Origin: Candidatus Bathyarchaeota archaeon
Lineage (GTDB): Archaea; Thermoproteota; Bathyarchaeia; Bathyarchaeales; Bathycorpusculaceae
Direction: 5' to 3'
DNA: 64,000 bases
Assembly (NCBI GenBank): GCA_963832745.1
Contig: CAWHVC010000002.1
Coordinates: 256,001 to 320,000 of the forward strand
In this document: one piece after another, positions 60,321 to 64,000 of the stretch
Layout: the number at the start of each line of letters is the position of its first letter
How positions within the stretch are numbered: the first letter of the stretch is position 1
Translations under genes and position numbers: made by a program
The notes under the pieces: model-generated
Seen by the model: the letters and a program-made list of their open reading frames with translations, nothing else
Database searches by the model: none
What the model was told of the DNA's origin: nothing

Positions 60321-60663
60321 ATGCTTACCGACAAAAAATCTGCGTTTTCCAAGTTTCAGTTCACCTTAACAACAGCATGGTTCTTGATCAAAATGGTGCA
60401 AAAATTCTAGAAACCCTCGACAAAACCCGGTCAATTTGTGAAACAGCAAAAACCCTTAACGTGTCTTACCGTCATGTATGGAATTACGTTCGCCGCATTC
60501 AAAACGTGATAGGTCAACCGGTTGTTGAAACCTTCAAAGGCGGAAAAGACGTGGTGGAGGCGCAAAGTTAACTAAGCGGGGGGGGGGAAAAACTCTTCTA
60601 TTGGAGTATCGCCAAGTTGAGTGGTACCTAAACGCTTTTTTGTATTCTTCAGATATGGAGGTG
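60321..60663 (+). pseudogene. Frameshifted ModE-family wHTH regulator
   Basis: SICETAKTLNVSYRHVWNY...GQPVVET.KGG then GGGAKLT in another frame; G10 run at 60578-60587; boundaries approximate. Confidence 0.65.
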
Positions 60664-60669
60664 AAACAA

Positions 60670-60876
60670 GTGAAATTAAGTGCAAGAAACCAATTAAAAG
60701 GAAAAGTAGTCGCTGTTGAAGAAGGCGTGATAACTGCGAAAGTTAAGGTTGAAGTTCAAGTTCCGGTTACAATTACAGCAGTTATTACAAAAGAATCCGT
60801 GGAAGAATTAGCTATAAAAGTAGGCGACGAGGTTGCGGCAATCGTTAAATCCACAGAAATAATGATTGCCAAATAG
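60670..60876 (+). CDS. Mop/TOBE molybdate-binding protein
   Basis: GGAGGTGA RBS then GTG; KLSARNQLKGKV...AVIT.ES..EL.I.VGD.V.A.VKS. Confidence 0.9.
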   Translation: MKLSARNQLKGKVVAVEEGVITAKVKVEVQVPVTITAVITKESVEELAIKVGDEVAAIVKSTEIMIAK

Positions 60877-60897
60877 GCAAAAACCTATTTGACTTTT

Positions 60898-61464
60898 TTA
60901 TTCTACAACATAACGGTAAGTAATGTGTTCGCCTGCGGTTGTGCTTCTTCTTGTAATCTTTAGCACATCGCCTGGTTTTGCGCCGATAACTTTGACGGCT
61001 GGGTCACCTGACCTTACTTGTGGCATCTGGTATGGTTTAACTTTGAACTGTGCAAGAAGTTGGTTTTTTTCTTTTTCGCTTAATATTTCATGGAACGGTA
61101 CTAAACCGTGCTCGAAAATGTCAAACACTGGGAATGATTTTGGCAATAGTTCAACATTCTTCTTTTTTGCGCCCAACTTTACTGCGTGAGTGTAGCGTCC
61201 TTCAGTTACGACGATGGCGCGTTCGAGCTCTTTTTCTTTCATGATTTTGTACAGGTTATTCATGGCGGCTATACCGACGGTTGCTTCGCCAAGGATACAC
61301 CAGACAATTGCGCGTTCTTTGTCTTGTGGAATATCAATAATGTAGGCGTAGGCGCCTTCGAAAGGTTCTTTCTCTACAAGCTTGTACTTTCTAAGTTTAA
61401 TGAGAACTTCCGCTTTACGTTCTTCAATTGTTAGGACTTTAGTGCTCAAACCACAAACCCTCAA
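60898..61464 (-). CDS. rpoH: RNA polymerase subunit Rpo5/RpoH with ~110-aa N-terminal extra domain
   Basis: C-terminal H.LVP.HEILS, MPQV...DP, GAKPGDVLKITRRS.TAG....YR.V; start may be TTG 61449. Confidence 0.9.
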   Translation of the reverse strand: MRVCGLSTKVLTIEERKAEVLIKLRKYKLVEKEPFEGAYAYIIDIPQDKERAIVWCILGEATVGIAAMNNLYKIMKEKELERAIVVTEGRYTHAVKLGAKKKNVELLPKSFPVFDIFEHGLVPFHEILSEKEKNQLLAQFKVKPYQMPQVRSGDPAVKVIGAKPGDVLKITRRSTTAGEHITYRYVVE

Positions 61465-61619
61465 GATGAAATACTCGAACCTTAAACAAACATTTCGCCC
61501 TTAAACTTTATGGTTTGTCTAAACAAAGGAAATGATTAAAAAATAAAAAAGGGAAAAATGTGCATGCTTTACGCTCCTTAGAGGAGCAAGATTATAACAA
61601 AATACTTGAATTCTTAGGT

Positions 61620-61790
61620 TTAGCCGATGATTTTTTTCTTCAGCTTACCCATTGATTCTTCGGTTTTACCGCCAGTCTGCTCCATTTTGCCCTTAACTTG
61701 CTTGCCTGTGTCTCCAGTAATTTTGCCTGAGGTTTCATCCATCTTTCCTTTGATTTGCTTTCCTTTACCTTTCAATTCATCTTCGGTCAT
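61620..61790 (-). CDS. CsbD-family stress protein (56 aa), absent from the ORF track
   Basis: MTEDELKGKGKQIKGKMDETSGKITGDTGKQVKGKMEQTGGKTEESMGKLKKKIIG*. Confidence 0.85.
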   Translation of the reverse strand: MTEDELKGKGKQIKGKMDETSGKITGDTGKQVKGKMEQTGGKTEESMGKLKKKIIG

Positions 61791-61890
61791 TTCAAATTCA
61801 CAAAAAAATTGAACTTAAAGGCAATATAGAAGTTTAATGGCGAAAAAGCCCTCCACGTCATGCCCAGCCTTTCTTGAGATTAATCTGACT

Positions 61891-62361
61891 TTAACATTGT
61901 TTTACTCTGAATTTCTTTGCTGCCAAAGCCGTTGTTACGAGTTCTCTGATTTCATCTGGTAATTGGTTTTCTTGCCATTTGCGTTCATTATCCACTGGTT
62001 TACCTGCGGTTTTAACAGCTTTTAATGCATACCAAGCTGCTCCTAATGAGTGATCAGCCATGTGAGATGCTGCAACAGTTTGCCCAACGCTTCGAGCTAC
62101 TGCGAGAGCTAATGGGTCAGTTAATTCTTTTGCTAACGCAATTATATCGTAAGCTGCTTTTCTTGCGTCGCCAACTGTAGCTTTTCCCTGTTTCCAAGCT
62201 TCAGCCACTTTTAACGCGTTTAGCATCAGTTCATCAGGTTTATCTCCATAGAGGGGTAACACGTGTTGGGAACAGTTGATTGCCCATTGGATTAGTTGTC
62301 GGTGCTGCTCTAATTTTAATTGTCCTCCGCGGTGTTCGGTTATGAATCTTTTATCTCTCAT
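61891..62361 (-). CDS. Imm5-like putative immunity protein
   Basis: HRQL..WA..C..HVL...AW..G....ARKAA....A...GQ.VA..HM.DH..GAA.YA.KA...E..WQ...LP pattern. Confidence 0.7.
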   Translation of the reverse strand: MRDKRFITEHRGGQLKLEQHRQLIQWAINCSQHVLPLYGDKPDELMLNALKVAEAWKQGKATVGDARKAAYDIIALAKELTDPLALAVARSVGQTVAASHMADHSLGAAWYALKAVKTAGKPVDNERKWQENQLPDEIRELVTTALAAKKFRVKQC

Positions 62362-62524
62362 TTTCGTTCTCTGCCTTCTTAGTAGCTTGGTTATGTTGTA
62401 GAAAGGTTAATATGTTGTATTTGATTATACTGTACTATTACAAATAAGCTGTTTCTCTATAGTTTAACCAAAACTAACGTTACATGCTAAATTGTATACA
62501 AGCAAAAAATAAGGAGGCCACTTA

Positions 62525-62722
62525 ATGAAAAATTCAGCATCGATACTGTTCCGTTGTCCCCAATGCCGTGAACGCTTCGAGTTTGACTTAATTGGAGAAT
62601 TCGAGTTTGTTTCCTGTCCAGTCTGCGAAACAAACTGCGTCACAGTCAAAAAAGGCAACAAGCTACAGCTTCAAACCTTTAGCGAAAGCCAAAATAGCCA
62701 AGAACCAGTAATTCTTGCCTAA
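62525..62722 (+). CDS. Small zinc-ribbon protein (LysW-like fold, no EDWGE tail)
   Basis: AGGAGG RBS; CPQC...CPVC. Confidence 0.7.
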   Translation: MKNSASILFRCPQCRERFEFDLIGEFEFVSCPVCETNCVTVKKGNKLQLQTFSESQNSQEPVILA

Positions 62723-62854
62723 ACACGCTTTAAGCCCTTTTTGGGCAACAAGACTTTTTGTTTAATCTTTTTTTGTTAGCTTGCTCCTTGCCCTTTAATG
62801 AAGCATAAATCCAAAATAAGACAGCTTACACTATCCACAAGAGGAACAGTGACT

Positions 62855-64000
62855 TTGAGCACACAGCAAGTAACATGGGATTTAACTGAACTTTTTTCTG
62901 GCATAAATGACCCCAAAATTAGTCAAGCAATCACAGAAGCCACCGCGATGGCCACCAGTTTTGAACAAAAATACCGTGGAAAAATCATTAGTCTGACCCC
63001 TGACGGCTTATTCGGCTGTCTACAGGAAATTGAATTGTTTAACCAAAAATTTAGCGACGTCGGTCTTTATTCTGGTTTAGCGTTTGCGGCTAACATGACT
63101 TTGCCTCAGACACAAGCGTTAAATGACAAAATTAACAAGCTGGACGCCCAAATCAGCAAGCAACTTGCGTTTTACCGTCTTGAATTAGGTGCATTATTGA
63201 AGAGTAAGCCCGAGTTTATCTGTAATCCCGTGTTAGCTAATTATCGGCACATGTTGGAGCGGGTTTATCGCCGTGTCGAGCATCAATTGTCTGAGGTTGA
63301 AGAGCAGCTGATTATTGAGAAGGACCAGTTTGGCGTTAACGCTTGGGAAGAACTGCAAAGCAAATGGTTAAACACGCGCACCTTCGAAGTCACCGTATTG
63401 GGCGAAAAAAAGACCCTAAGCTATGGCGAAGCTAACGGATTATTGCCACACCCTGACCGTGCCACACGCGAATCAGTCAATCGCTCAATCTACGGATTGC
63501 TGGGCAAGGATGGTGAAGTCTTCTCAGCCGCGCTCCGAAGCATATGTAATGACTGGGTAACAGTTTCTAAACGCAGAAAATACGCTACCCCCATGGAAGC
63601 TAGCCTAATCAACAACGATACAGAACAATCAATAATCGACAACCTGCTCGTCAGTATTGAAGAAGGCTCAAAAACCTATCGCAGCTACCTCAAAATGAAA
63701 GCTAAACTAATGAATCTGCCCGTGCTAGGAAACCATGACATCGTGGCGCCGCTTCCAGATTCACCTGAACTCAAATTCACTTATCAGCAAGCTCAAGACC
63801 TAATTGTCCGTGCATACAGCCGTTTCGACACAGGCTACGCCGAGGCTGTTAAGGAAATGTTTACAAAACGCCACATAGACGCAACTCCACGCTACGGCAA
63901 AAGAAACGGGGCCTTTTGCGCAAACTATTACAACGGCAAATCAGCCTACATACTGCAAAGCTTCAATGGCACCCTAAGCGACGTCTTCACTTTAGCACAC
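62855..64000 (+). CDS. pepF: Oligoendopeptidase F (M3B), truncated by the window end
   Basis: Manual translation: TWDLTELF..., H.LS..EE, GKRNGAFC, ends at FTLAH, the start of HExxH. Confidence 0.88.
   Translation, partial: MSTQQVTWDLTELFSGINDPKISQAITEATAMATSFEQKYRGKIISLTPDGLFGCLQEIELFNQKFSDVGLYSGLAFAANMTLPQTQALNDKINKLDAQISKQLAFYRLELGALLKSKPEFICNPVLANYRHMLERVYRRVEHQLSEVEEQLIIEKDQFGVNAWEELQSKWLNTRTFEVTVLGEKKTLSYGEANGLLPHPDRATRESVNRSIYGLLGKDGEVFSAALRSICNDWVTVSKRRKYATPMEASLINNDTEQSIIDNLLVSIEEGSKTYRSYLKMKAKLMNLPVLGNHDIVAPLPDSPELKFTYQQAQDLIVRAYSRFDTGYAEAVKEMFTKRHIDATPRYGKRNGAFCANYYNGKSAYILQSFNGTLSDVFTLAH

Overview
Archaeal chromosomal window; the gene set (Orc1/Cdc6, Rpo5, Nre, Mre11/Rad50, rps10p, GGAGG/GGTGA ribosome-binding sites, many C-terminally anchored surface proteins) fits Bathyarchaeia, which is an inference. 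About 13.1-64 kb is mostly intact housekeeping DNA: rps10, ilvC, nikR, nadA, an aguB-aguA fusion, cdc6, moaCBA, pdaD, a P3A H+-ATPase, ppa, nre, a soluble MCP, tRNA-Asp, arsB, an MFS transporter, a MoeB/ThiF enzyme, DNA ligase, an inactive RadA, mre11-rad50, thiolase-DUF35, a DUF4011 helicase-nuclease, rpo5 and a partial pepF. About 1.7-13.1 kb is a decaying accessory region. Its core (4416-10971) is a tightly spaced, partly stop/start-coupled operon of six reconstructed genes. Two encode DUF2341-type structural/adhesin-like proteins; the second, once its frameshifts are repaired, ends in a ~220-aa tail built from aromatic-x-Asp/Asn triplets (23 HSD, 5 FSN, plus HYD/YYD/WWD). Next come a radical SAM/SPASM enzyme whose own C-terminus carries HGD/FTN triplets, a DUF483-like Cys protein, a Pol-beta nucleotidyltransferase and a small coiled-coil protein. 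This is the best candidate for an undescribed system: triceptide-like (cyclophane) crosslinking applied to a large, possibly virion-derived structural protein rather than a small peptide. A second notable signal is an ~80-bp intergenic repeat family with four copies. All assignments come from reading motifs by eye; no searches were run.
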